Source: an uncultured Candidatus Saccharibacteria bacterium
GTDB taxonomy: Bacteria; Patescibacteriota; WWE3; UBA101185; UBA10185
Length of the DNA stretch: 64,000 nucleotides
Assembly: GCA_964385105.1 (NCBI GenBank)
Contig: CAYLMU010000001.1
Location: forward strand, 194,252-258,251
Reading direction: 5' to 3'
Part shown: positions 1 through 8,778 of the stretch, in pieces
Position numbering within the stretch: the first letter of the stretch is position 1
How the letters are laid out: each line of letters opens with the position of its first letter
Notes under the pieces: model-generated
Seen by the model: only the letters and a program-made list of their open reading frames with translations
Databases searched by the model: none
What the model was told of the DNA's origin: nothing
Position numbers and translations under genes: made by a program

Positions 1-410
1 GCCGATATGTGATCAATGCTTTTTCTGCGTTTTTGTGGAACACCTAGTTCTATAGCACCTTCGAGCGCTTCGGTACTTGTTAAATATTCATTTACGAATT
101 TTACGGGCTTATTGATTCTGTATTTAAGTTTTTTTGTGAAATGTCTAACTTTTTGTGATTCCTGGGTTTCTTTTCGGTCAGCCGTAAGAGGTAACCCCAT
201 AATTATGGTATCCACATGATTTTCATGGGCTACCTTTGAGATTTCCTGAATTGCATCATCCGTTGGTTTTGCATTAATTACTTTAATCGGTGATGAAAAC
301 CCTGCCCTGCCTAATGCAAGACCTATATTACTTTCACCATAGTCTATTCCCAAAACAAATTCATCATATGGTGATTTCTTTTTTGTTTTATGTTCTTTTG
401 ATTTCGACAT
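1..410 (-). CDS. ruvX: Putative pre-16S rRNA nuclease / Holliday-junction resolvase-like YqgF (RuvX). Partial: the C-terminus runs off the window start.
   Basis: Manual minus-strand translation from the ATG at 410 gives MSKSKEHKTKKKSPYDEFVLGIDYGESNIGLALGRAG...IIMGLPLTADRKETQ..., which matches the RuvX/YqgF N-terminal GIDxGxxRIGxA motif. There is no stop before position 1. This ORF is not in the ORF track because it is open-ended. Confidence 0.55.
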   Translation of the reverse strand, partial: MSKSKEHKTKKKSPYDEFVLGIDYGESNIGLALGRAGFSSPIKVINAKPTDDAIQEISKVAHENHVDTIIMGLPLTADRKETQESQKVRHFTKKLKYRINKPVKFVNEYLTSTEALEGAIELGVPQKRRKSIDHIS

Positions 411-1923
411 TAATGTTTTCCAATTTGCCCGGAAACTTTTTTAAGAAAGGCAAATTAGGTGTCATATTGAGTGAATAATTATTTATATTTTGAATACGGT
501 CTAAGATTGCCTGGCCGTCTTTTAAACTTTTTCCGGCGAGTGAACTTTTTACATCGTCTTCTTTTATATCTGTGATAACATAAGTTTTAACAGTTACCTG
601 TAAGTCCGCTTTGGTAGTTGATAAAACAGTACTGTCAGTATTACCCAATACTTCAGCATTTATATCCATGTCCTGTGATGAGAGTATGTATCCTTCAGGT
701 ATAAACTCATCCAGCAATTCATTGATTAAGTCGTCCAGGTCTTTAGAAGAGTACGTAAGCCCGGTGATCAACACCTCACGCGTTAATTCAAGCTCATCTG
801 CCTCCTCATCAACTTCCGCACTTAATATTTCATTTTTAACAGAACTCTGCCCGGACCCTTGAATTAAGGATCTACCCGACAAAACTGCACTTTTTAATCT
901 TTCATCCGAAATTTCCGTTATTTTTTGGGTAACTTCTTCTTTTGCCAATAATATATCTTCTTCAGTAACCACTTTTACTGTTTCACTTTTTCCGCCCGAA
1001 AGATTACCATTTGTTTCTGCCGAAACATCACTTTTGCTATAGTTATCAACCGCAAGATCCTCGTCGTCTTTAATGTTGTATTCTTCACCGATTTCTCGGG
1101 CAACAATATTTGCATCCGCAGACCCCGGAGTTATTACTTTTGTCACCGGGTCTTCAGTTCTGGCTTCTACTTCAATGTCCTGGTCAAGCACATATTCCAG
1201 GTCGTCTTTGTCGGCTGTTAAAACTGTACCTTTTTTTAAATTTTTATCACTTGTAGTTTTGTTGTAAATGGTAACTTTACCCGAAGCAGTCTCACCAATA
1301 ATTTTTTCTCCTGTGGTTGGTACTGTTACTTTTTCGCTTATTAATGTTTCAACTTGATGCCCTTTTAATGATTTTTGTTGAGCACTATTTGTACCGGTAC
1401 TGTCAGCTGTAATTTGAATACTTTTTGTTAATGGCTGGGATTTAACATCAATTACAACTTCTGCTTTATGCATTCTTGATAATGCCATATATCCCCCGAG
1501 TCCTAAAAGTACTAATAGCAATAGTGTAACTAATACAATCTTTGGAGGCCCCCCTTCAGCTTTTGGAAGTTTTATGGGCGGTAGCTTTATACCTGCTAAC
1601 GAAGGTAAAGCAATAGGAAACTTCTTTTTGTGTTTTGGCTTTATTTCTGTTTCATCAGGATTTACTTCTCTTGACTTGAAGTCTGCAATTTCCTCATCCC
1701 GGCTTAATTTTATAAGTCTTTGCCCGTTTAAGTCTTTTGTATCGATATTTAAAGATTTACCAAGTCTTTCGGCTTCCTTTTCAAGAAGTTTAATATTTAT
1801 GATATTTTCAAAAAGTAGTGCGCCTTCAGGTACAAATAAAACAATACCGAGATCATTAGTATTTCTGATTTTTGAAATTATATCCATAACATCATCATGT
1901 AGTTCTATGTTTATACTTGTCAT
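388..1923 (-). CDS. Hypothetical bitopic membrane protein (511 aa). It has a ~130-aa cytoplasmic N-domain, one TM helix (IVLVTLLLLVLLGLGGYMAL) and a ~360-aa acidic Thr/Ser-rich extracytoplasmic domain.
   Basis: Long ORF that overlaps the stop of the upstream actin-like ATPase gene by 4 nt (operon-like arrangement). The protein has a single hydrophobic segment. No recognisable catalytic motifs. Confidence 0.5.
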   Translation of the reverse strand: MTSINIELHDDVMDIISKIRNTNDLGIVLFVPEGALLFENIINIKLLEKEAERLGKSLNIDTKDLNGQRLIKLSRDEEIADFKSREVNPDETEIKPKHKKKFPIALPSLAGIKLPPIKLPKAEGGPPKIVLVTLLLLVLLGLGGYMALSRMHKAEVVIDVKSQPLTKSIQITADSTGTNSAQQKSLKGHQVETLISEKVTVPTTGEKIIGETASGKVTIYNKTTSDKNLKKGTVLTADKDDLEYVLDQDIEVEARTEDPVTKVITPGSADANIVAREIGEEYNIKDDEDLAVDNYSKSDVSAETNGNLSGGKSETVKVVTEEDILLAKEEVTQKITEISDERLKSAVLSGRSLIQGSGQSSVKNEILSAEVDEEADELELTREVLITGLTYSSKDLDDLINELLDEFIPEGYILSSQDMDINAEVLGNTDSTVLSTTKADLQVTVKTYVITDIKEDDVKSSLAGKSLKDGQAILDRIQNINNYSLNMTPNLPFLKKFPGKLENINVEIKRT

Positions 1924-3128
1924 TTTTGTTTGAGCATTTCTAAATAAATTACACTTAACGTAGCCGGAACAACAAATTCTGAATGTTCCAGAATTCCGGT
2001 AATATCTTTAATAAAATCTAAATTTTGTGCGTTTATCTTATTAAACTCCGGAGGTTTCTTAAATGGAATAGATTTTGTCCAGGGTTTTGTTTCAAGCGCA
2101 TCATTTAATACCGGAACTTTGCTCCCTCCGCCAGTTAAATAAATATCCGAAGCAAAAGTTTTAACACCCTCAAATTCACCAAAAACGATTTCAAGTCCTT
2201 CTAGCCATGTATTTGCAACATCAGTCAAAGAACTTTCAATCTTAATTATATCGCTATCTTGCAGATTCCCTACCAGATATTCATATTTAAGCTTTTCTGC
2301 CTCAGCTAGCGTTAAATTAAAATCTCTGCTTAATTTTTTCGTAAAATGAGAGCCTCCTATACTGAGGCTTTTTGATGCTACAAGCCCTCCTCCAAACACA
2401 ATACCTACTTGAGTTGAGCTGCTACCTACGTCAATAATTATTCCGTCTACTACTTTGTTTTTACGTTTTATTACTTCGGTTATTGAATATAAGTTTGAAG
2501 TTATGGCTAAAATGTCCATCTTCATTAATGATGCCAGTTCTTGCAAATGATTAAGGTGATATTCAGGTGAAAAGGCTGTATATGTTGCTGTTTCTATTTT
2601 AGTACCTGATTCCCCTTCCAGCTTATGTATATAATCATTGTCAAGTTTTGTATAAACATTTGCTTTTGTAATTAATGCAAGTTCTGTTTCAATGTCGCCT
2701 TTGTTTTTTAATAAAAGGTCGTGTGCTTCCGAATAGGCCGAATCTATAGTTTTATCATTAACTTCGTCGATTTCTTTTTGTAATATTGGTTCAGGCTTGG
2801 GGCGGGTTACTCTTACTGTAGTTACAAGTGAAATACAAAGATCACCGCTTACGCCAAAAATTATGTGGTCAGGTTGAATATCAAGCCCTTCCCCTGCTCT
2901 ATATAAAGCTTCATCTAGCGCAACTGCAGTCTTATCTAAATCAACTATATTTCCTGATCTAACCACTCCCTGCTCCAAACTTTGCTTATTTGCCCCCTTT
3001 AACTCAAGTGTTTTGTTTTGATCATCATATTGAAAAATTAGACATTTTACTGCATTTGTTCCAATATCAGCAACTGCAAATGTGGTAGGAAACTCTCGTT
3101 TTTTAAGCTTTAAAGGCAGTTTAAACAT
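1920..3128 (-). CDS. FtsA/PilM-family actin-like ATPase (402 aa)
   Basis: N-terminal phosphate-1 motif AVADIGTNAVK. Central IIIDVGSSSTQVGIV and LSIGGSHFTKKLSRDFNLTLAEAEKLK segments are typical of FtsA/PilM. C-terminal LTGGGSKVP precedes an amphipathic tail. The genomic context (next to a T4CP-like ATPase, not ftsZ) argues for a PilM-like/secretion role over divisome FtsA. Confidence 0.6.
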   Translation of the reverse strand: MFKLPLKLKKREFPTTFAVADIGTNAVKCLIFQYDDQNKTLELKGANKQSLEQGVVRSGNIVDLDKTAVALDEALYRAGEGLDIQPDHIIFGVSGDLCISLVTTVRVTRPKPEPILQKEIDEVNDKTIDSAYSEAHDLLLKNKGDIETELALITKANVYTKLDNDYIHKLEGESGTKIETATYTAFSPEYHLNHLQELASLMKMDILAITSNLYSITEVIKRKNKVVDGIIIDVGSSSTQVGIVFGGGLVASKSLSIGGSHFTKKLSRDFNLTLAEAEKLKYEYLVGNLQDSDIIKIESSLTDVANTWLEGLEIVFGEFEGVKTFASDIYLTGGGSKVPVLNDALETKPWTKSIPFKKPPEFNKINAQNLDFIKDITGILEHSEFVVPATLSVIYLEMLKQK

Positions 3129-3148
3129 TATTATGATTATACCCTAAT

Positions 3149-5572
3149 TTAAAAAGGTATTAGTTTCCTTGGATCAACTTGACTTGGCATTGGCTCAGGT
3201 TCAGGTTCAGGGTTGTAACCCGCGCGTTCATTAATAAACTCTTCAACTTCGGCTACCGGTGTACCGTACCGCTCTCTAGAATCTTTGCGAATTCTCTCGG
3301 CAATCTCATCACTTTTTACAGTTTGATTTACAACATCCCAGTCAACCATAGCCGAAAAGGGAACAGTAGGGTGGCCTTTAACCAGCAATCTAATATAGTA
3401 ATTTCCTACCGGAAGGTTAATAAGGTCACTTTGTGTAAAAATTGGTTCAAATTGTTGTTCAAGGTATTCAGCATCATCAACACCAACTCTAAATGATACT
3501 GTTGTACCCACATTACCAAACACAGCTTCTTTTATTTCCTCCTGTAGTTGGGCTACAAACTGGTGTGCCACCGTTAGATTTAGTTTATATTTTCTTGCCT
3601 CGGATAATATTGTTGCAAAGTCATCTGTGGCAAAATTTTGAAACTCATCAACATATAGGTAAAAGTTAGGAAACTCTTCTTTTCCAAGCAATGAGGCACG
3701 AGCTAAAGCTGCAGATAGAATTCTAGGTACAATCAGTAATCCCAAAAAGTTTGAGTTTTCTTCACCGATTTTACCTTTTGATAAATCAACGAGTAATATT
3801 TTTTTATCACGCATCACCTGGTGTAAATTAAACGACGATTTCTTCTGACCAATAATATTACGCATTGTTCTTTCAGTAACCAGTCTGTCAAATTTAGACA
3901 CAAAATACCCCATCATTTCACCTTTTCTATTCGCTGTGGTCTTAGCCATTTCATCAGTCCAGTAGCGTTTTACAAGAGGGTCTGTGATTTTTGGTAAAAA
4001 TTGCTTAACGTACTCTTCATCAATCAGTAGCCTTAAAACATCCACCATGGTTGCATCCGGGTCAGACATTGCAGTTAACATAACATTTCTAATTGACCTC
4101 TCAAGTTGTGGACCCATAATACCTTGGCGATTCGGGTCATAAAGTTTATATAGCAATCCTATAAAAGAGTTAATAAGCATGTGTTTTTCTTCTTCTGTGT
4201 GAGCTTCAAGCATGTTTAACCCTACCGGATTCTCGGTGTCTGATACATCAAATAAAATAACATCATCTACTCTATGCTCAGGTATTTTTTTAAGTATGTC
4301 GTCAATATCACTTCCGTGAGGGTCGATAAATGCCAACCCTTCGCCGTTATAAATATCCTGAATTGCCAAGGTTTTCATAAATTCAGATTTACCTGTACCC
4401 GTTTGCCCGATAATATACATGTGCCTGGTTCTATCATCGGCATTCATAAATAACTTTTTCTCGGTATTTCTATAAACGTTTTTACCCAAATATAAGCCTT
4501 CTTCCGGAGTATTTGAAGGTGCAGGGGCTTTTCTGGCGGTTAACCACAAAATGTTTGGAGTTTGAATTTCTTTGCTTGGGAAGTGAAATATAGTGGCCAT
4601 TTCTTCAATGTTGAGAACCGTAATATTGCTGTATAGAACAATATCAAATATAGGAATCTGAAACGTTCGCGGTACCATTTTTCTATAAATAAAATTGCTG
4701 ATAAGTTTTTTTGTAAAAATGATTTTTCTGCGTCTAAAGTTACTATATTTTACATTTGTAAATTGTTCAAATGAGGTGGCTACATTATCAATATGATTTC
4801 GAGCCGAAATTTTGTCATCTGAAATTGCAACTATTCTGATTTTAAGTTCAAAGCCAGGTTTAGATGTTTTTTCTTCAACTCCTTCTAAAAATGCGGTATC
4901 AACCCTGATGTTTTTTTCAGGATTTGAGCTTTTATTATGAATGTGGCCTACAAATGCATTTCCTGCTCTTCTCCAACCACTGCCGGCCGGGGAAATTAAA
5001 TATTGTATTGCAACAACTTCTGTTTCTTTTAGTTTGCTTAATGACGATGTGACACTGCTTAATGGGTCTGTGGCTTCCATACTTTTGTATGTTTTAATAG
5101 GATAATATGGTGGTCCGCTTAGTTTTAGCTCAACAATCTCAGTAACTTTTCCTCGATCCCATATTTCGTTAGGGTCTATAACATCAATTTCTGCAGTAGG
5201 ATAAGCGCCATTTATTTGTTTCTCAACAAAATTAACCAGCTCATCAGGTACTACTACATAAAATCCAATACCTTCTTTTTTTGAAACTATTTCAAATGAA
5301 ATTCGCCGTTGTCCTTTAAATAGAGACTGAAAAAAACTTCTTCTAAAACCCATGAGACTGGCAAATAAATGTTCTGCTGCCTCTATTTCATATTCGTTTT
5401 GCGGGGGAAGTTTTATATGTAAAAAAGTCAGTTTATACTGGTGTGACTTAATATAGCTGTTTCTTCTCCAATATATAATTGAGTATATAAGCCATGAAAA
5501 AAAGCCAATTAAAAAGACAATATAAAACAAGAGCCAAAAAATGTTGTATAACAGCTGGCTAAAGTTCTCCAT
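3149..5572 (-). CDS. Membrane-anchored VirD4/TraG/TrwB-like (type IV coupling protein family) P-loop ATPase, 807 aa
   Basis: N-terminal TM helix (LLYNIFWLLFYIVFLIGFFSWLIYSIIYW). Walker A HMYIIGQTGTGKSEF followed by FIDPHGSDID. Walker B FYLYVDEFQNF followed by KYKLNLTVAHQFVAQL, resembling the T4CP/VirD4 xxQSxxQL motif. The C-terminus is acidic Pro/Glu-rich (PEPEPEPMP). A VirB4- or HerA/FtsK-type ATPase cannot be excluded from sequence alone. Confidence 0.6.
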   Translation of the reverse strand: MENFSQLLYNIFWLLFYIVFLIGFFSWLIYSIIYWRRNSYIKSHQYKLTFLHIKLPPQNEYEIEAAEHLFASLMGFRRSFFQSLFKGQRRISFEIVSKKEGIGFYVVVPDELVNFVEKQINGAYPTAEIDVIDPNEIWDRGKVTEIVELKLSGPPYYPIKTYKSMEATDPLSSVTSSLSKLKETEVVAIQYLISPAGSGWRRAGNAFVGHIHNKSSNPEKNIRVDTAFLEGVEEKTSKPGFELKIRIVAISDDKISARNHIDNVATSFEQFTNVKYSNFRRRKIIFTKKLISNFIYRKMVPRTFQIPIFDIVLYSNITVLNIEEMATIFHFPSKEIQTPNILWLTARKAPAPSNTPEEGLYLGKNVYRNTEKKLFMNADDRTRHMYIIGQTGTGKSEFMKTLAIQDIYNGEGLAFIDPHGSDIDDILKKIPEHRVDDVILFDVSDTENPVGLNMLEAHTEEEKHMLINSFIGLLYKLYDPNRQGIMGPQLERSIRNVMLTAMSDPDATMVDVLRLLIDEEYVKQFLPKITDPLVKRYWTDEMAKTTANRKGEMMGYFVSKFDRLVTERTMRNIIGQKKSSFNLHQVMRDKKILLVDLSKGKIGEENSNFLGLLIVPRILSAALARASLLGKEEFPNFYLYVDEFQNFATDDFATILSEARKYKLNLTVAHQFVAQLQEEIKEAVFGNVGTTVSFRVGVDDAEYLEQQFEPIFTQSDLINLPVGNYYIRLLVKGHPTVPFSAMVDWDVVNQTVKSDEIAERIRKDSRERYGTPVAEVEEFINERAGYNPEPEPEPMPSQVDPRKLIPF

Positions 5573-5909
5573 GTTCCTCCACTATACTTTGAATAAACTC
5601 TGATTCTTCTTTGTCTGCTTCTTTGGTTGGCCCATCGGCTTCAGGTGAGACGTTTTGGAGAGTTGCAGCTGCTTCTTCGGGGGTGTCAGACCTTAAATCT
5701 ACAACATTTGCACCGGGAATATTTGCATTGTCATCTGTATCATCAGGGTCAATACTTGCTGATAAATCCTGAACTGTTTCAATTTCAAGATTCATAATTG
5801 GAGTTTCTGCAATATTTGGTTGTTCTGAATTGTTTTCAGTATTTTTTGCAGGATTCTCGGGCATAATTGATTTTATTAAGCCAGGATTTTTTTGAGCAGG
5901 TGCATCCAT
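5559..5909 (-). CDS. Hypothetical small acidic protein (116 aa, Asp/Glu/Pro-rich)
   Basis: ORF located immediately upstream of the T4CP-like gene, overlapping it by 14 nt. Low-complexity acidic composition. No motif recognised. Confidence 0.35.
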   Translation of the reverse strand: MDAPAQKNPGLIKSIMPENPAKNTENNSEQPNIAETPIMNLEIETVQDLSASIDPDDTDDNANIPGANVVDLRSDTPEEAAATLQNVSPEADGPTKEADKEESEFIQSIVEEHGEL

Positions 5910-5942
5910 ATGTCAATTTTATCATTATTTTTTGGAATTGTT

Positions 5943-6395
5943 CTATTGCTTAAATGTACCTTTAAAAAAGTTTTTTTCTTTTGTATTTGGCATATCAAAC
6001 AAATTGGTAATTTGTTCTCTTACATTTCTACTTTTTTTCTTTTCGGTATTATCTACAACTTCTACTTCTTCTTCTATTTCAATTTCAAGTTCAACATCAG
6101 TGTATTCAGACTCAGATGAAACCGGGGTAGGATTTACTTTTTCAATTGTGCTTGTTTTGCTTGTTATTTCTTTTAAAGATTTAACCGCGTTTATTGTTGA
6201 TTCGGCAATATTTATTAAGGTTGGGGTGGGATGAGCAAGTTTTGCTGTTAATCCTTGTGCGTCATCAAGTATATTATTTGCTCTTTTAACAGTATCTTTT
6301 ATATCTTTTAAAACATTTATTACATAAAAACAAACTGCAGCTATGCTTATGCTTAAAACTGTGAGAGTTAAAACTAATATTAATTGTACATCCAT
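5943..6395 (-). CDS. Small N-terminally anchored membrane protein, DUF948 (YtxG)-like architecture (150 aa)
   Basis: N-terminal TM helix (LILVLTLTVLSISIAAVCFYVI) is followed by a helical region and an acidic tail (VELEIEIEEEVEVVD). The antisense ORF 5932..6234(+) is low-complexity and was rejected. Confidence 0.4.
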   Translation of the reverse strand: MDVQLILVLTLTVLSISIAAVCFYVINVLKDIKDTVKRANNILDDAQGLTAKLAHPTPTLINIAESTINAVKSLKEITSKTSTIEKVNPTPVSSESEYTDVELEIEIEEEVEVVDNTEKKKSRNVREQITNLFDMPNTKEKNFFKGTFKQ

Positions 6396-6428
6396 AAAGA
6401 GCAGTCTTTGAATTAAGTGACTTTTAAC

Positions 6429-6457
6429 AGTATCACATTCCTAACTTTTTGCGTCAA
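6429..6457 (-). promoter_or_regulatory. Candidate sigma70-type promoter for the 150-aa membrane protein gene (minus strand: TTGACG-N17-GATACT with upstream TG)
   Basis: The reverse complement of 6429..6457 reads TTGACGcaaaaagttaggaatgtGATACT. The -10 lies about 30 nt upstream of the ATG at 6395. Confidence 0.3.
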
Positions 6458-6477
6458 GGATACTTTGTCATAAAAAA

Positions 6478-8730
6478 TTAATATTCTTCGTCAGTATGGT
6501 CAAAACTGCTGGAAGAGCTTGTGTTTAAAATTTCTCTTGGCTTACTTCCGTTAGCAGGACCAACTATTCCATGTGCTTCAAGTTCATCAAGAATTCTAGC
6601 TGCACGTGAATAACCTATTGAAAGTTTTCGTTGTAATAAAGATGCAGAGCCTTTACCTTCTGCCACAACTAATTCAACAGCTTCATCAAAAAGTTCGTCA
6701 ACACTTTCTCCCCCGGCTGCTACACTTTTACCAACCTCAGGCTCTTTAATTTCGGTAATATCATTTTTATAATCAGGTTTAACACCACGACTCTTCAAAT
6801 ACGAAACAAGATTATTAATTTCCTTGTCTGTAACCAAGGCACCTTGTATTCTGGTGGGTTTTGAATCGTCAGGAGGAACAAAAAGCATATCTCCCATACC
6901 AAGCAACTTTTCAGCACCCGGTTGGTCAATTATTACACGTGAATCTACCTGACTTGTGACACCAAAAGCAATTCTGCAAGGTATGTTTGCTTTAATTAAA
7001 CCGGTAACTACGTTTGTTGAAGGTCTTTGCAGCGCCAAAATTAAATGAATTCCGGTCGCTCTGGCCAACTGTGCCAACCTCACAATACTTTTTTCAACTG
7101 CTGCAGGGTCTGTTATCATAATTTCGGCCAGCTCATCAACTATTAGCACTATATAAGACATTGCCTGAAACCCAGATTTTTCGTTGTATGCCTCAATATT
7201 TCTAACTTTTGCCCCCTCCAGAAGTTTGTACCTCCGATCCATTTCTTGTACAAGCCATTTAAAAGCCGATGGTGCCTTATCAATATCCGTAATTACAGGT
7301 GACAGCAGATGCGGAATATCATTATAATGAACAAGTTCCACTCTTTTTGGGTCAATTAAAATAAATTTTACTTCTTGTGGAGTTGCCCTAAATAATATTG
7401 ATGCCATAATATTGTGAATAAATACCGATTTTCCTGAACCTGTTGACCCTGCTATGAGTAAATGGGGCATTTTAGAAATATTGTATACATGTGTTTCTCC
7501 TTTAACATCTTTGCCAAGCACAATTGAAATTCTGGACTTACTTTTTTTCATATTTTCAGATATGAGTAGTTCTTTAAAGCTAACCGGAACCCGGTTTGTG
7601 TTAGGCACTTCTATACCAATTGCCGATTCTCCGGGAATAGGGGCTTCAATTCTTACCGAGCCCGTTGGTGAAGCCAATTGCAAAGCCAGATCGTATTGCA
7701 GGTTTACAATTTTTGCTATTTTAGTACCTGATTCTGATTTAAGCACGTATTGTGTAACGGTTGGCCCATATCTTACGGTATCGATAGTTGTTTTTATACC
7801 AAATGATTCTAATGTTTCGACAATTAATTTTTTACGTCCTACTACATCGCCTCTGTCCGCCTTTAAATTCGACGGGTCGTTTAATAATTCAAGCGGAGGA
7901 AGTTCCCATACCGTATCGATATAGGGTAAGTGTGGTACAAGCGACCCTATACTTGTGACTGAGTCTCCGGCGTTTGAAGCATCCAAAGAGCTAAGCGGTT
8001 CTGTCATAGAAGGAATTATTTCTATTTTTGTTATTTCGGGTTCAGGTACTGATACCATTGCCGGAGCCGGTTCATGATGCATGTCATAATCATCAGCTTC
8101 CTGGTTTATACTACTGCTTACTTCTATGTTTGATTTGGAGTCTTCATCCGAACTGTCTTTTTGAGCGTCAGTTCGATCAAATGAATATCCCAATTTTTCT
8201 ATTGCTGCCTTTGCTAACTCTTTTAGTTCACCCGCTCCTTTGTCCAGTGTCCATATCACGCCAATTAATGTAAAAGCCATAAGTACTAGTCCAGCCTGCC
8301 ATGCATTCATTACACCCATTAGTGCTGATGTCAGCTTGTAGCCTACTATTCCTCCTCCACCACCATCACGTGCAATTTCATATGCATCAACTCTATCGGT
8401 AAAAAGATGCAAAAATCCTGCCAGAGTAAACAAAAGTACACTAAGACCGGCAACGATCCTCAATTCCAGAATTTTCCACTTAAACGTGTTTGTCAGAATT
8501 AATGCTGAGATTAGTAAAATAGGAATAAGTAAAAAAGATGCATACCCAAACCCTATTCTCAAAAGTGCCTGGATTTTTGCATTAAGCATTTCATCGCTTG
8601 CAACAAACGAAATCAGAATCATACATGAAATAAGTATGAATAATATTGAAATCGTTGAACGTACTGTTTCGGCACGTACATTGAATCTTGGTTTGAATTT
8701 TTTCTTTCTTCCTCTTTTTTTTCTTGCCAT
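6478..8730 (-). CDS. ftsK: DNA translocase FtsK/SpoIIIE
   Basis: N-terminal multi-TM region. Motor domain with Walker A LLIAGSTGSGKSVFIHN and Walker B LIVDELAE. C-terminal gamma (winged-helix) domain ASLLQRKLSIGYSRAARILDELEAHGIVGP. Confidence 0.85.
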   Translation of the reverse strand: MARKKRGRKKKFKPRFNVRAETVRSTISILFILISCMILISFVASDEMLNAKIQALLRIGFGYASFLLIPILLISALILTNTFKWKILELRIVAGLSVLLFTLAGFLHLFTDRVDAYEIARDGGGGGIVGYKLTSALMGVMNAWQAGLVLMAFTLIGVIWTLDKGAGELKELAKAAIEKLGYSFDRTDAQKDSSDEDSKSNIEVSSSINQEADDYDMHHEPAPAMVSVPEPEITKIEIIPSMTEPLSSLDASNAGDSVTSIGSLVPHLPYIDTVWELPPLELLNDPSNLKADRGDVVGRKKLIVETLESFGIKTTIDTVRYGPTVTQYVLKSESGTKIAKIVNLQYDLALQLASPTGSVRIEAPIPGESAIGIEVPNTNRVPVSFKELLISENMKKSKSRISIVLGKDVKGETHVYNISKMPHLLIAGSTGSGKSVFIHNIMASILFRATPQEVKFILIDPKRVELVHYNDIPHLLSPVITDIDKAPSAFKWLVQEMDRRYKLLEGAKVRNIEAYNEKSGFQAMSYIVLIVDELAEIMITDPAAVEKSIVRLAQLARATGIHLILALQRPSTNVVTGLIKANIPCRIAFGVTSQVDSRVIIDQPGAEKLLGMGDMLFVPPDDSKPTRIQGALVTDKEINNLVSYLKSRGVKPDYKNDITEIKEPEVGKSVAAGGESVDELFDEAVELVVAEGKGSASLLQRKLSIGYSRAARILDELEAHGIVGPANGSKPREILNTSSSSSFDHTDEEY

Positions 8731-8778
8731 AGGCAGGTTCTCTAAATCATGAGATGTGCATATAATACCAGAAATGCC

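Noticed and set aside
16-478. Plus-strand ORFs 16..219 and 290..478
   Set aside because: They are antisense to the RuvX-like coding region (minus strand, 1..410) and to the 3' end of the 511-aa gene. Their sequences are low-complexity and motif-free.
611-1933. Plus-strand ORFs 611..862, 1073..1267 and 1574..1933 inside the 511-aa minus-strand gene
   Set aside because: Ser/Thr/Leu-rich antisense translations, which are a typical by-product of an acidic Thr/Ser-rich gene on the opposite strand.
5892-6234. Plus-strand ORFs 5892..6119 and 5932..6234
   Set aside because: Phe/Leu/Ser-rich low-complexity translations antisense to the more plausible minus-strand gene 5943..6395. All neighbouring genes are on the minus strand.
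7454-8752. Plus-strand ORFs 7454..7924, 8028..8273 and 8486..8752 inside ftsK
   Set aside because: Antisense to a strongly conserved FtsK coding sequence.
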